Positions 1 to 14,642 of a stretch of 64,000 nucleotides of DNA are shown here, piece after piece. The notes beneath the pieces are model-generated. The model saw only the letters and a program-made list of their open reading frames with translations. It had not been told where the DNA came from and searched no databases. A program made the translations under genes and the position numbers. How positions within the stretch are numbered: the first letter of the stretch is position 1; every line of letters starts with the position of its first letter. Source of the stretch: Octopus sinensis (lineage: Eukaryota); contig NC_042999.1 of assembly GCF_006345805.1 (NCBI RefSeq), positions 53,010,001 to 53,074,000 on the forward strand, written 5' to 3'.

Positions 1-274
1 AAGCGACTTCACTACTGTACTGTACTTAGTCGTTATAAAAGCTTTTTAACACACACACAGACACACAGACACACAGACACACACATATGTATGTATGCAC
101 TGATATATATGTATATGCTTATACATAGATATATACGCATATATATATGTATATGTTTAAATGTATATAGATATTCACATTTACATATGTGTGTGTGTTT
201 GTGTGTGACTGTATGTGTGTCTGCATGTATCCGAATTCACACAGACACACATACACACACACACACACACACCC

Positions 275-309
<35 letters not shown>

Positions 310-639
310 GTATTATGTGCGTGTGTGTGTATATATATATGTATATATGTATGTATCCCTGTGCGTATGAATGTATGTGTGTATGCACACATGCTGTGCA
401 CGTTGACGGGTTCTATGCATCTCTAAGGGAATTTTCCTGAAAATAGTGAAAGTTGTTTCCAGCTGCTCCCTTTCTCTTATTTTAGTATATTTTTCAAAGA
501 CAAACATTGCGGCTCCGTCACAGAACGATTCCAGTCCACCAGCCTGGAAACACGGGATACAGAGAGCAATAAAACACAGCGCAAAACCATTTTGTCATCG
601 TTTTAATAATTCCGCGAAAGCCCCAACTTTTGGCTGATA

Positions 640-750
640 CTTCATTTATCGACCCGGGATGAACGAGTGAAGGATTTACTATAAAAAGATTTGAACTTAC
701 AACGTCCAAGCATTTTATCGTATGTTCTAATCACACTCCGACATCACTGC
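640..750 (-). mobile_element. Degenerate tRNA-derived SINE fragment (family of 23551-23775 / 39735-39960)
   Basis: tttatcgacccgggatgaa...gatttgaact resembles the well-preserved copy at 39835-39890. Confidence 0.5.
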
Positions 751-804
751 TTGAACGTTTGTGTATGTGTGTGTGTATGTGTGTGTGTGTGAGTGTGTGT
801 GTGT

Positions 805-836
<32 letters not shown>

Positions 837-2389
837 ACACTTACGTGGATATGTATGTCTACTTCAAAGAAAAAGAAAGAGCGAAATGTGTTTCCCCACC
901 CCCATAGGCGCATGAGGCAGGTTTCCAGGATTCTGTTGTGTCTATATTGCCCCCACCCCTACCGGGACGAGCCGTCGGTCCTTCGCAAGATTCTTCATGT
1001 TGGCCTGCTGGGTGAACATGAGCAGCGGGAAATTGTTTTGATGAAGAACAGAACGCATTGGTCGGTCAAGGATGGAAACTAGATCGTTATGCAACACCCT
1101 CACCACAAACTCACCTCCTTATGCTACATACTTACATAATCATAAATATATTTTACATATACGTCTGCATATGTGCGTACAGACATATCCATACACAAGC
1201 ACATGTATGTGTGTATATGTGTGTTTGTTTGTGTGTGTGTATGTGTGCGCGTGTACACTTATGTGTGTATGTTTATAACACACACACACACACACAGAAA
1301 GTACCAACTGTTAATTTCGTACTATTACCAACATACTGTGAATCAGATTGGCACCGCTAAAGAAAAGGAATGGTTTGAACCAAGAATGGAATCTGGGCTA
1401 TAGTCCAACTTGTTACAACAAATGTTGTTTCTTCAGTCTCTGCTGAGGTACAGACTCACGTCCCCTCCACCCCACCCCCGACCTTACTGCAACATCGGTT
1501 AATTCACTACTGCTACATACTAACATATCCTATCCAATCTCCTTCATAAACTGTTTCCTTCTTTTTCGTTTTGTCTTTCTTTCCTTCTTCCATCTTTCTT
1601 TCATTTCTTCAACGTTCCATTCCACCAATTATATCTTTATTTCAAAAATTTCATTTCTTTCGCATTTAACCTTTAATATTTTCTATCTGCCTCACTAACA
1701 ATATTCCATTCAAATATTTCATTATTCTCTTTCTTTCTTTCATTCTTCTTTTCTTCGTTTAAATCTTCATGTATTTGCCTTCCTTTCATTTACTGTTTTC
1801 CTCTGTAGTTTTATTTCCAAAATTTCGTTTATCGAAATATTTCACGAGAAAAATACTTGTTTCTTTTCACTTCTCCAATCTTCTTTCTTTCTGGAGTTCA
1901 CCAGGTTCGTTCACCATAATCCTCTACATATCTACCTCTCCCCGCTTTCTCCCGATCACCGTCAACCAGTATAACCTGGCACCACAATATTTCATCCCGG
2001 TTTCTACATCTACCTGTCTGCTCTCCATTAACGATATACACCCAACCAGGTACACCAGTTTTCTCACCTGGTCGCTATTGTCACGCCGGGGGGAGCGACA
2101 TAATATCACACACCACTACTTTCTCTGTAAACAGACCGGCTGCAGTACAAATCTCCACTCTCTGCTTGCATGTTCCTACAACATTAACATTTGTTCAATC
2201 ACGAGCTGCACACACATACACACACACATATTCATCGTACACATGCGTGCACACAAAAATACACACATATATAAAACTATATAGATATGCACGCAGAAAA
2301 TGCGGAGTATATGTAAATGTCGCTACATGTTCATGAGTGTCTGGTATGGCCAGTTCGAATGTGTGGGTGTATAGTACATATACATTTAT

Positions 2390-2400
2390 ACGTGTTCGTA

Positions 2401-2447
<47 letters not shown>

Positions 2448-2572
2448 TATATATGTATCATATGATATATGATATACACACACACCCACATATATATATA
2501 TATCATATATATAATACTTATATGTATATATATATTGTATGTGTGTGTGAATGTCTATATGTATATATATGC

Positions 2573-2622
<50 letters not shown>

Positions 2623-2690
2623 ATACATATACATATATATGTATATACATATGTGTGTGTGTCTGTGTATGTGTGTGTCTGTATGCATGA
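2390..2690. repeat. (TA)n/(TG)n microsatellite mosaic, representative of dozens in the window
   Basis: Direct reading; source of the [12 protein letters not shown] pseudo-ORFs. Confidence 0.97.
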
Positions 2691-3169
2691 AAGTGTAGCA
2701 TGCAAGCACATACAGACGCATGCAAGCTCATGTCTGTCTTGAACTTCCGTATCTGAGTGACATTAGGTGTAAATCATGTCTAACAATGTACACTATAAAC
2801 TACGACCAACCAACGCGGAGGCACGGAAAATTTTTTTTATGGTCAGTCGTCCATCTAGAAATAACAGCCAGATCGTCCTTCAGTGAATCCTTCCATCTTA
2901 CACTACTCTGCATGAAATAATGGTATCCAGCAAGTACTATGTGTTCGGGACATAAAATTTATGTGACTTTCACGGCTGAAAATATTTGAAACGCTAAATT
3001 TATTTGATTTCAACACCATCACCCAGCCTACACCAGCGCTAATACCACTAATAAAACCACCACCTATACAGCCACCAATAAAGCAACAACATCAAATATG
3101 AGCTCTAGTAGAGTTATATAAAAGCATACGTATACACATACATACATACATCCCTTTATATATATACAT

Positions 3170-3309
3170 ATACATACCGGAGTAAACACATAAATGTGAA
3201 ACAAGGTGGAAAAAAGAGTACTCAAATACCAGTGGTAGAGTAATATGCTTTATTTTAAGCAGCAGAAAATTCAACAAAATCTGTTACTCTGAGTTTCTCG
3301 TTGCCGTTC

Positions 3310-3310
<1 letters not shown>
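3170..3310 (-). mobile_element. PLE pseudo-LTR-like fragment ending in a 5'-truncated hammerhead motif
   Basis: Minus strand TGA-ACG gcaa CGA-GAAA-C tcaga GTA-acag at 3281-3310; the CUGA is lost in the adjacent (TA)n. Confidence 0.45.
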
Positions 3311-3605
<295 letters not shown>

Positions 3606-3884
3606 TCAGCGACGTAATTGTATTATGTAGTTCTATAAAGGTGTGTTTCGAACATAAAAATGCATGCATACGGCTTTATATTGTTATCTATGAAATTGAT
3701 GTAGCTATGTAATGGCAGGTATACATGTAGACATGAGTAAATGTTTCTACATGTTCGTGCAGAGGAAATATATGTACACACGCATAGAACGATTTCAGAA
3801 GAAATGGACATAAAAGGAAGACGAAACATTGACAATTAGAGAAACTAACTTGTGTGCTTAGTAACAATGTCTTCACACACACAC

Positions 3885-3931
<47 letters not shown>

Positions 3932-3999
3932 TACACATACTAACACACATGCACGCACTTACACCGACTATAGTGAATTTATTTTCCCTCGTATATTTT

Positions 4000-4590
4000 T
4001 ACCTGTTATCTCTAAGAATCTTTTGTATTTGTGTTAACATTTCATGTGTTGCTCTATTTTTCATTTTTGAGGGCGGTCTTTCTGGGAAGGAAGAACTGCC
4101 TGTAATTGTTAGTGGCGAAACCAGGTTTTGGACATATATTATTGATTTGAGTGAATAGAGTCAGAGTCGAGTGGGAAGTACCTGAACGAAAGTCGGAGAG
4201 GAAGAACCAACTCCAAGAAATAGAGACTGTTTTAATAGCGTAAGAACAAAGGAAGGTGCATGAAGCAACATCTGTGGATGAGGGGTTGGAGAATGTTGTC
4301 TGAATAGCTTCGTCCCAATTATGAATGTAGTTTCGATTTGATGGAGATCTTGGATGTCCATGCATGTAGAAGGAGAAATATTCCAGATGTTGTTTTATTG
4401 TAGGCCGTACCTGATCTGTGTAAAGATACAGCTGCTGTGTAAAGATATAGCCTCACTGAAGTGTGCTCTAGTTGTGAAAAGTCGCACGACTGTTTGCGAT
4501 GCGGAGCTTTTCAAGTTAAGGCTAGGAGTTCTGCAGGAGAGATTCTCGATAATAGGGAGTCTTAGCATCTGAAAGTGTTGTAGCTATATA
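4000..4590 (-). mobile_element. Decayed 3' end of a jockey/CR1-group LINE ORF2
   Basis: Minus translation VRLFTTRAHF...TQIRYGLQ*NNIW...LHQIETTFIIG resembles the post-RT LY.AQIRP.LEY...IW region; contains stops. Confidence 0.45.
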
Positions 4591-4672
4591 TTAACGGTGA
4601 TCAAGTGTTTGCTATGTGTTAATATTTTCTTGATATATACATATAGTAATTATATACGGAACACATACATAT

Positions 4673-4708
<36 letters not shown>

Positions 4709-5111
4709 TGTGTATATGTAATACATTTGTATTGCAATATATATATATGTATAGCAAGAATAAAATGGAGGGAATCCAGAAGTAACAGCCGATGAATACT
4801 ACTTCTGGATTCCCTCCATTTTCTTCTTGCCATATAAACTAACGGTAAAACCACTTGTTACCCTAGGCCATTTTTATATATTCAGTAGGGTAATTGCCAC
4901 GCAATAACCAACACTTGTGTATTAATAAGGTATTCTAACAGCAGTATATTGGATAGATACCATCCCTTTGTTGGTTCACAACCTCTAACCTTCTTTGAAT
5001 TAAACATACTTATATATATATATTAATCGCCATGATAGAGCGTTAGCCACTACACACATTTTTCCTCTTCTTTTTTCTCTCCTTATTTCTCTCCTTGTTT
5101 TCTTCTCTGTC

Positions 5112-5147
5112 CTTTCTGTAGAAGAGCGTAGGCTCGAAACGTAAAAT
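5112..5147 (+). ncRNA. Minimal type I hammerhead-like motif, A6U variant, in a PLE-type repeat
   Basis: ttt-CTGTAGA-a-GAGC gtag GCTC-GAAA-CG-TA-aaa; further copies at 30195-30235 (+, decayed) and 42147-42182 (-). Confidence 0.55.
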
Positions 5148-5235
5148 ACTTTTTTCTATTCTTGTGCGTTATACTAATACGTCTGTTTGTTTTGTACCTC
5201 ACCTGTCTTCGTCTTTTGTTTTTATCGTAAACTTT

Positions 5236-5277
<42 letters not shown>

Positions 5278-5372
5278 TATATATATATACACATATATAC
5301 GTGCATACGTATATATATGTGTTTATATATGTGTATATATATATATATATACACATTATAAACATATTATAC

Positions 5373-5410
<38 letters not shown>

Positions 5411-6069
5411 ATATATATATTTATTATAGAGGAGCTTCTACAGGACTAGAACTGTTTCATTCAAGAGAAATTCTCAGGAACTTCCTGAGATTTCTCTTGA
5501 ATGAACAGTTCTAGTCCTGTAGAAGCTCTTTCTATATAATAAATTAATTTTACTCTATATAGTATTGAGTACCTTATTACTGTGGTTAACCCCGAACAAC
5601 CCGGGACCATACATATATATATATATATATATAGATATGTTTATATGGTATAATTATATATCGATATATATATATATATGTTTATATATGTATAATATAT
5701 ATATATATATATATTGTTTATTATATGTGTATATATATTATAGATATTATATATATATATATATATCTATACACGTGCAATATGGGTACAGGACGTCACC
5801 GACTGTTTAACAACATGAAGTACGAAACGAACGATTTAAATACGCAAACACGAGAAAAAACGGAAAACATGACAAGTAACATAAAGAATGACCCTTCATC
5901 AGTTGCTGGCTGTCTATCTACTCCTCATTTCGAGCATTCACCGACAATATGAGACTTCGGAGAGAGTAGCTCAACCATAAATTACTAAATAAAATTAAGG
6001 ATTTATGGAGTGTCAAGTTGGGAACACAAACAAGGAAAGTGGAGACAATGCATATAAATATATAAATCA

Positions 6070-6132
<63 letters not shown>

Positions 6133-6167
6133 TAGATATATATATATATAATATATATATATATATA

Positions 6168-6202
<35 letters not shown>

Positions 6203-6207
6203 GTGAA

Positions 6208-6478
6208 GGCACATGGCCTAGTGGTTAGAGCCGCGGACTCGCGGTCGAGTGATACAGGTTCGAATCTCAGACAGGGTGATGTGTGTGTTTATGAGCAAAA
6301 CACTTAAGCTCCAAATGGCTCTGGCAGAAGGTAATGGCGAACTTCTGCTGACTCTTTCGCCACAACTCTCTCTTACTCTTTCCTCCTGCATCTTGTAGCT
6401 CACCTGTGAGGAACCTGTACGCCAAGGAAACCGGGAAACCTGTCCTATGAGCCAGGCATCGCTCGAGAAGGAACAAAC
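6208..6478 (+). mobile_element. tRNA-derived SINE
   Basis: A box TGGCCTAGTGG and B box GGTTCGAATCT followed by about 200 bp of non-tRNA body, embedded in (TA)n. Confidence 0.85.
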
Positions 6479-7778
6479 ATAAATATATATATAAATTTGT
6501 TTGTGTGTGTAGCATGACTACAGTTGAATGAGACAAGAATTGTATCACCAACACGACTGCTCTCTTGCTCTCAATCCATTGAGTCGTCTCCGATTTAGAT
6601 GACTAAATTATAAACGAATGACAATTTTCATGGTGAAAGTTTGTTAGAAAAAAAGATTATTTTATACAGGAGCGTTGTGCAACACAGATACAGTCCATCT
6701 ATATCAGGGGCGCCTATTCTTGGTAGGTCGAATGATGTTCTTTCAGGATTTGTGTTGCTACCGTCAAAACGGTTGAGGAGTAGGGGCCGAAACCGGACGT
6801 GGTTCCTCCTGATGATGTCTTGAGATAACTGGATCCTATAAAGGAGCTGTTGTGTTAGCAGATCACGAAACACGGTTGCAATTCTTATGTCTCAGTTCAA
6901 AGCGGTGATTATTGTCCTCGAAATATCTGGGTTGCTAGGATATCGAAGTCGAAACAACAGCTTCTAAGCACAGAATCAGTAGAGGTTCGCACTGAGTATC
7001 GTGTGAATGTCGTTGGGTAGTTGTGATATGGCAGTGACCAGACGATCGGAATGTAGCGGAGGTGGTTGTGATGAGTTAAAGATTGGGTTTTAAGCAAAAA
7101 TGAAGTAAAAGTTGTTTCGAGTATCTTTGTGTGTTTCTTGGGGTTATGTGTTCCGTGGAATTAGTTGATGTTGAAATTTGAAGGTTGCAAAAGATTCGAA
7201 TTCTGTGGCAATATGATCTGTATGGGATGAATGTGGGAGATAGTTGATTTAGAAGAAGATAGTAATGGTGATGGGTATTGAAAGAAAGTAACTGGTAGTG
7301 TTTCGTTTATATATCGAGGTGCGTGAGGAGAGGGGCCGAATGAGAGTGGGGTCTAAACATGCAGCGGCACCGACTTTGGGAGTAGTGGTTGAATAGGGCG
7401 TGTAGCTCAGAAAGCAATGTTTCACTATAATTAACAATCGGGATACTTCTGCCTCGGAAACAAATTACAAGTGTACTCTTGGTGCTGCTAAGCATGTGTG
7501 TAGAGTCAAGATAACAGAGAATTGTAGGAGCTTTAAAGGCGAGTGAGTTATCTAGCACATTGAGTATTTGTTTTGTGCATTCATAAAAATGTAGGATTTA
7601 TGAGTGTTTTGTGAGGCTACAGCAGTGATAATGGGAACAACCTTGGCACAGGCTTGATTCTAAAACTTCCAATGGTGGTTTGTAATATGTTTTGCGTTCA
7701 TTAAACAGTAAAACATGTCACATAGGAAAAACCGTACGCACACAAACACATTTCATTTTGGTCGATCTCAAGTCTTTG

Positions 7779-8072
7779 GTGAAAGACTACGCTAAGGTAC
7801 AAGTGAAAGACTACGCTGAGGTACAAATGAAAGACTACGCTGAGATACAAGTGAAAGACTACGCTGAGGTACAAGTGAAAGACTACGCTGAGGTACAAGT
7901 TAAAGACTACGCTGAGGTACAAGTGAAAGACTACGCTGAGGTACAAGTGAAAGTCTACGCTGAGGTACAAGTGAAAGACTACGCCGAGGTACAAGTGAAA
8001 GACTACGCTGAGGTACAAGTGAAAGACTACGCTGAGGTACAAGTGAAAGACTACGCTGAGGTACAAGTGAAA
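7779..8072. repeat. 24-bp minisatellite (gtgaaagactacgctgaggtacaa) x12 plus a partial unit
   Basis: Twelve head-to-tail units with 0-2 substitutions each and no spacers. Confidence 0.97.
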
Positions 8073-8375
8073 CTCAGCGTAGCAAAAGACCGATTGGACC
8101 AAAGCAAAATATGGCAAATTCCATTAACTTTCCAGCCACAATATGCCTGAAGATCCTATGTGCTTCCCGATAAAACTCAGAGGAGAAAGAAACTGACCGG
8201 ACCAGATATAAATATAATAGTATTAATCTCTACCATGGTATTCAGTACAAAGAACATAAATACATATGTATGTATGTATGTAAGTATGTATGTATTTATG
8301 TATGTATGTATGTATGTATGTATGTATGTATGTATGTATGTATGTATGTATTGCGCGTGTGTGTGAATGAGTGAA

Positions 8376-8659
8376 GGTCCGTGGCTTAGTGGTTACGGTA
8401 TTTGGCTCACGATCGTAAGGTGGTGAGTTCAATTCACGGCGACGTGCGTGTTGTGTCCTTGAGCAAGACACTTTATTTCACGTTGCTCCAGTTCACTCAA
8501 CTGGCAAAACCGAGTTGTAATTCAAAAACCAGCTTTCTCACATTCTCTGCCATGAGAACAACGTTAAACGTGCACGTACCTGTGGAATACTCAACCACTT
8601 GCACGTTAAAGCTGTTCTGTTGATCGGATCCACTGGAACCTTCGCCGGAATGCCAATTC

Positions 8660-8660
<1 letters not shown>
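8376..8660 (+). mobile_element. tRNA-derived SINE with CORE-like domain
   Basis: A box TGGCTTAGTGG, B box GAGTTCAATTC, then GTGTCCTTGAGCAAGACACTT typical of CORE-SINEs. Confidence 0.8.
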
Positions 8661-8697
<37 letters not shown>

Positions 8698-8749
8698 AAA
8701 TGCACATAAATATATACACCACGCATATCAACAGAGGAAGATTGGGTTT

Positions 8750-9420
8750 GCTGACTAGATTAGACGACGGCTGAAGTTAACCTCATAATTTTGAGAACTT
8801 GAAAACCAGCATATTTCTGGGATATATTTAAAAGAAATGCTTGTTGTTGCTGTTACTAATGTAGATTTTCTTATGACAATGTTAGTTCTGTTACTAGTTT
8901 TGGTGTTTTGGATGGGTCTTGCATCCGACGTTAGTTGTGACTGAACACGGGTGTTCTGTCGAATGACTGAGTGACAGTCTGTTCGATGTATGGTTCCAGA
9001 AATATCATAGAAACATCTAGATTTGGGCCTAGAAGGTTTATTAACGGACAAGCTGTGTAACCGTTTTATGTCGTTTCCCGAGTACCGTTTAGTTATTTTG
9101 TCGATGTCTTTGTGGCACTGAATTGAATGAGATAAAGTGGAGTTGATTGAGGTGGGAACCCGGCCAATAAGATAGTAATATAATGATTGAGGTACAGCAA
9201 TTAGGGATATCATGCTCTTGTTCTTCGATATATATCCCACAATGTTAGTGTTTCTTTAAGAACGGGTGACCATCGATTTGCTTGTTCTTGTTTGTATTTT
9301 GTGATTGTTTAATTAAATGTATTAAAGTAGATGAATTTTTTTGAATGGTTTTATAATTGTTTCTCGGTGTTGTAGAGGTGAGACTCTTATAAATGTTGTG
9401 AGTCACAAATTTTGATAATC
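8750..9420 (-). mobile_element. Heavily decayed L1/Tx1-like LINE RT thumb fragment, possibly continuing at about 6620-7600
   Basis: Frameshifted pieces NRWSPVLKETLTLW and LIGRVPTSINSTL recall the NW..L..KI...L..W...SL.GR..LINS.L motif. Confidence 0.35.
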
Positions 9421-11703
9421 TTTCTTGAAGAATCCACTAACATAATAGTAAAGGAAAGCACAAAAATATTCTGCAGAATCCCCGTCTTCTTCAGAACCAG
9501 ATATCACTTCAACTCTGTGTAACTACTGGAGATCTACAAATATCAAGTGACTCCTGTTCAACATCGGAAGCGGTGCCGCTAAAGAATATAATCGTATGCT
9601 ATACACACGATTATATTCTGTGTAAAGGAAGTCACACAGTTAATATTATGACTGCGCCACACAAAATCCTCGTCCACTAATGGTTGTCTACTCATTTTCA
9701 CTCATGAACCTCGTTACAACAGCTTCTGTTTTCATAACCTATCTACTTCCCACATCATTTCCTCGCAAGGCGATCCAGTACACCGGCCTTTCCTATTCTT
9801 CTCACCAATTTAGTACCTACCTCCCCAGTCCCAGCATTTAGTACCGTATATATTCCTTATTCCCAAGACGTCAAGCGTCTGAGATGTTTTATCCACCTAC
9901 AATACGAGTCTTCTCTGAGAAACAGAGATCACTTACAACAATAAAATTTGTAAAATATAGAGAAATGAGACGACAAGTCTGTGAACCAAGGGTCGATATA
10001 CATTGGTGAATGATTGCATGTCATGTAGTCTCTCTGTGACCTGGTTGTCATTAAGTGCAACAACATTGTCTCATGTGTGGTCTGTGTTCTATTGTTTTAC
10101 TTGAGATTTGTCGTGAATTAGTAAGTATTGAAAGATTAAGTATTCCCTGACGTCGACGACGAGCAACTCCACTGTTGGAGTTTAGATTTGCACAGTGTTA
10201 CTTTATCACCAAGATGTCTTATTTCGTGTCAGCTGGATCGAACATAAATATGAATACAACGCATTGAAGTTATCATCTCGTCTTCTGTTTTCTAAAATAG
10301 ACCAACTATATTATCGAATATATTTATTACTTAGAGTTTAGTATATTTGGTTGCTATTTCTAGAGGTCGAGTGGCAGATTAATGGCTGCTTTGTTGGTTT
10401 ATAAAGTATAAATGGTGATGAGTTGTCATCAGTTTCATTTTTTAATACGGTTTCAAATATCCAGGTTTTGAATGCTACAATATTTTCTTGATGGTGGTTT
10501 TTATTCTGTGTAACTGAGTCGTGAGTTCTGTGGAGGTTTATTTAGTATTGTAATTATAGCTATATTGCTTGACTAACGGACATTTTCTGTAATGAAATAT
10601 TTAATTGCATTAAACTGTTTATTTGAGCCATTTGTATTCAGTGTTACAATTCAGTGGCTTCCTTCTCCTTCTGTATTTCTGTGGTGTTCTAGTTTTTTGG
10701 GGTTTTTTTAAAAAATATTTCGCTGATATCATTCTTGTTGTTTTTAAGTGGATGATATTGTTGCTGTTGCTGTCGAGTGATCAATTATGTCTGTCCTAGC
10801 ATTTCCAGTCCGAATGGCCCAACTTTTTAACGATTTTCATGTATAATATTATTGAACATATCCTCCTCTTTTAAATATAATAGCATGTGAGTTTAAAGTC
10901 ATTTAGCTGCTATTTTAGTATATCAAAGACATCCATAAAATCTATATCTTTAACTCGTCATTTTGTTGCATTTGAAATGTCTGTCGCAAGTTCACAGTTG
11001 CAACTGGAGACATCAATAGGACTAACAGACAGAGCTACAATATCAGATCTTGTGCTACGCCATTCACGAAATCTTTACCTCATCTCTTCTGTGTGTGTGT
11101 GTGTATGTGTGTGCGCGTGTGTGTTTATGTGTGTGTGTGCTTGTGTGGGTGTATTTGATATTTATGGCGTTATCTTCCTGCATTTGATCGTGAATAATGG
11201 GCGGAGTTAAAGCCCTGACTTTCTACGTCGCCTCCTGTCTATTTACAAGTCGATATTTTCGCGTTTGCCCACATTTACTTCCTCACTTATTGTGTCAGGA
11301 ATTAAATTCTCCAATAGGTTTTTTGTTTTATTTTTAGGAATACATGCTGTAGCTTTACGAAAACTTATCTTGGAATAACTGTCAGTTCGTAAGAACATGA
11401 CAATGTTATTGTGTACAACTAGTCGGGTGTTACTGATGACATTTAAAACATGGAAATATAAAAGTCGGGTTGGCCAGAGACAAAATTGACATAATGCTTT
11501 GCAGTATTCACTTAATATATTTAAGTTATTTATTCCATCACGGCCAAGATTATGCTAGGTTTCTGTCCTTTCGTTGTTAATACATTAATGTATCAGTCAT
11601 ATAAACCGTAGATTTAATCGAGCAGTCCCTCACCCATGCCTTTCGTAGAAATTAATATTGCTTGCTCTCCTTTTCTTATAAATGTCAGGAAGCAACCAAC
11701 ATG

Positions 11704-11704
<1 letters not shown>

Positions 11705-11790
<86 letters not shown>
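11705..11790. repeat. (TATC)n tetranucleotide microsatellite
   Basis: Direct reading; others at about 31918-31995 and 38860-38925. Confidence 0.97.
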
Positions 11791-11791
<1 letters not shown>

Positions 11792-14380
11792 GTATCTGTC
11801 AGTTAAACGCAGAATGAGAGAGAGTGAGAGTGAGAGAGAAAGAGTGAGAGAGAGATTTCATGATACAAACAGGACAAATAATTATAGTCTTAATCAACAG
11901 ACATAGTAAAGGGACTCAAAGGCCGAAAGTTTCGTTCAAAGCATTAATCAACTCGTTTGACTGACAAGTGGTCTACACGGGGCTCTCGGCCTTTAATTCA
12001 CTTTGTAATTTCTGAGGAATATAAATAAATATATGTGCGCGGCCGTACGTATCACCATCTAATATATAATTTTCGTACCTAATTTTAAGCATTCCGAAGG
12101 TGAAGTATATTGATTTTTTTTTATGTTAAGTCCGAGGGATAAATGCTCATTTTGTTTTGTTTGATGACAGAATGCAAAGAATAGAATAAAATTTTAAAAG
12201 AATTGTGAAAGAAATGATTTGGGGAAATCACTCGCAAAGATTTGGAGAGTGAAGCATCTTCTATTTAACACCGAACTGTTTAAAATAATCTCTGTAGAAC
12301 TATATTTGAATTAATTTCATGTCCTTAAGGAAAAACCTTATAATTGTTAATACTTTGAAGCGACATTCTAAAATGTATGTATGTGTATTAATTAACTTGT
12401 CAGAATGGAAGTATTGGTTCAAATTTCACACTTCAATAAAATTTGTTTTACATCTTTTGACATCTTGTGAGAGTGCAACTGTTACTTTCTGCAGAAGTTG
12501 CCAGTAAATTACATCTCTACATTTCAATACGTTTGAATTAATACTGTTTATTTGTTCATCAGAAGAAATAACTTCCTTTCAGAATAACCACGTGCAAATT
12601 TAATTTATTTACATAATAACCCAAACACATCTGTTGGGCAATTTCTAAATTCTAATCACACATTTTCGAAGGAGGTGCATTGCAATTTAATCAAACAGTA
12701 AAATATTGTTTTATTCAGCCGAAGCGACAATATTGGCTTTGAAAATCTTTCTTTTAATGTGATTTTTAAAAATCTTCAGGATATGAAATGCCTATATTAA
12801 ATTCTTGGACTGCATTAAATTATCAGATCTTATAAAGATTAGAAACTACTTCGAAATTTAGAAAGAGACTGTATTTTACAAAATGATTAATCAGCACTCT
12901 GCCTTCGGCCACTGCTCAACCTGAATATATCCGACTCTAAATGTTATAAGGATTATGCAAAATAAGATAAGGCGCCTCCATTCCCCACTATTTTGCTAGA
13001 AGCTCCATCTGTCGAGCACCACTACCAAATGCATGGGATATTTGATAGCATTACTGACTTGTCTGTTTGTCTGTCATTAATCACTGCTAATGCATTCATC
13101 TGCTGACAAATGCCTTGTCCTTAACATTGTCATCAATCCCCTTCTTTTATGGCAACAACAGTGTTGAGACCGTGGCTTGCTTCTACAATGCAAAGAGACG
13201 CCTGTATCGATGTTTGTCGGCTCCAACTAGAAACTTTTCCTCAGTACTCAAGTTCGAATTCAAAACAAAAGACGAGGGATCGTCACTCCAAGTTATCGTC
13301 TGTGACACTTTGAAAAGTTCCGTCATCAATCTATACCTTTAAATGATATTTTTTAATTTATCGACTCCGAACGACTGGAAAACAAAGATAATCGCCACGG
13401 GATTTGAACTCAAAGCACTAACTCAAAAGCATAATTCCGCCAAAAATTGTACCCGATGCTTCAACTATTGTGAAAGAACTGGAAGCATTTTGATAAGTCT
13501 TCTACCGTCTGTGTCTGGCTGAGAACAAAAATGATGTTTTCTGTTATCTATCACGATAATCGTTAGCTTAGATCGATAATTGATTTAGGTTGTCTTTCTT
13601 GATCAAGACCCACATAATTGCTATCTATTTCTATAAGTTCAATATCACTGTCGATACAGAGTTAAAGTTGAAGTGTTTGCTATTGATAGAGAGGAATTTC
13701 GAAAAACACGAAAATAATGTGAGAAAAGGAAGACCGACGAGAATGTTGTTGGGATAAGGCTTTTGATATTTGAAAAGTTGTTTTCCGTCATTGCACAATA
13801 CGACAATCAACCTTCATTTCGACTCCTCCATTATTGCATGTAACGCACAATAGCCTACGAGGGATAGTTTACCTCAAGTTCGTTTATATTTGAAATATCA
13901 TTAAGTAATTTTGCTTTTACAAGGTTCTGGGGATGTATATTTGTAGCAAAAACACGAACTAAATAACTTCATATCTGACATTAACGGAGAAAAACTTCTA
14001 AATGAGACTCTATTAGATAATGCTAGAAAAATAAAAGAAAATCTGGCAATGCAAAAGCAAAGGATATTTGTAGACTGAATAATATCAAGAAAGAAAAAAG
14101 AAATTGTGTAAAAAATCCTGAACATCACAATTTTCCAAACAGAATCAATGTACGCAGTATCGAAAAAGTCCAATGACTACCCAACTTCAAAAATAATTGT
14201 ATTATCTTTACAGTTGGTATAAAGATGTTATGAATATGAATGAAGGAAGATTAAAAAGATTTCGCTAATGCTACAAGGTTAAGCAGTTCTTTTGGCAGCC
14301 ATGGAGCCGTTTTCAATTTCAATTTAGGGAAATATCTTCTGCGTAGCCATGAAATAAGGAATATGTTTGAACTGAAATTT

Positions 14381-14470
<90 letters not shown>

Positions 14471-14527
14471 TATATATATACATATATATTTATATAAATA
14501 TGTATATATATATATATATATAATATA

Positions 14528-14575
<48 letters not shown>

Positions 14576-14642
14576 TAAATAAAACGAGAGAACAAACCCC
14601 AAGCTGTGTGGAATTGTCAGGACATTTATAAAGAGAAAGTTA

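Noticed and set aside
5790-5905. Hammerhead at CTGATGAAGGGT on the minus strand
   Set aside because: No GAAA or stem III follows the possible stem II.
6208-6285. tRNA gene (also 8376-8445 and 46890-46971)
   Set aside because: A/B boxes are present but there is no complete cloverleaf, and each continues into a SINE body.
7779-8072. CRISPR-like array
   Set aside because: Units are contiguous with no spacers, the context is eukaryotic and no cas genes are present.
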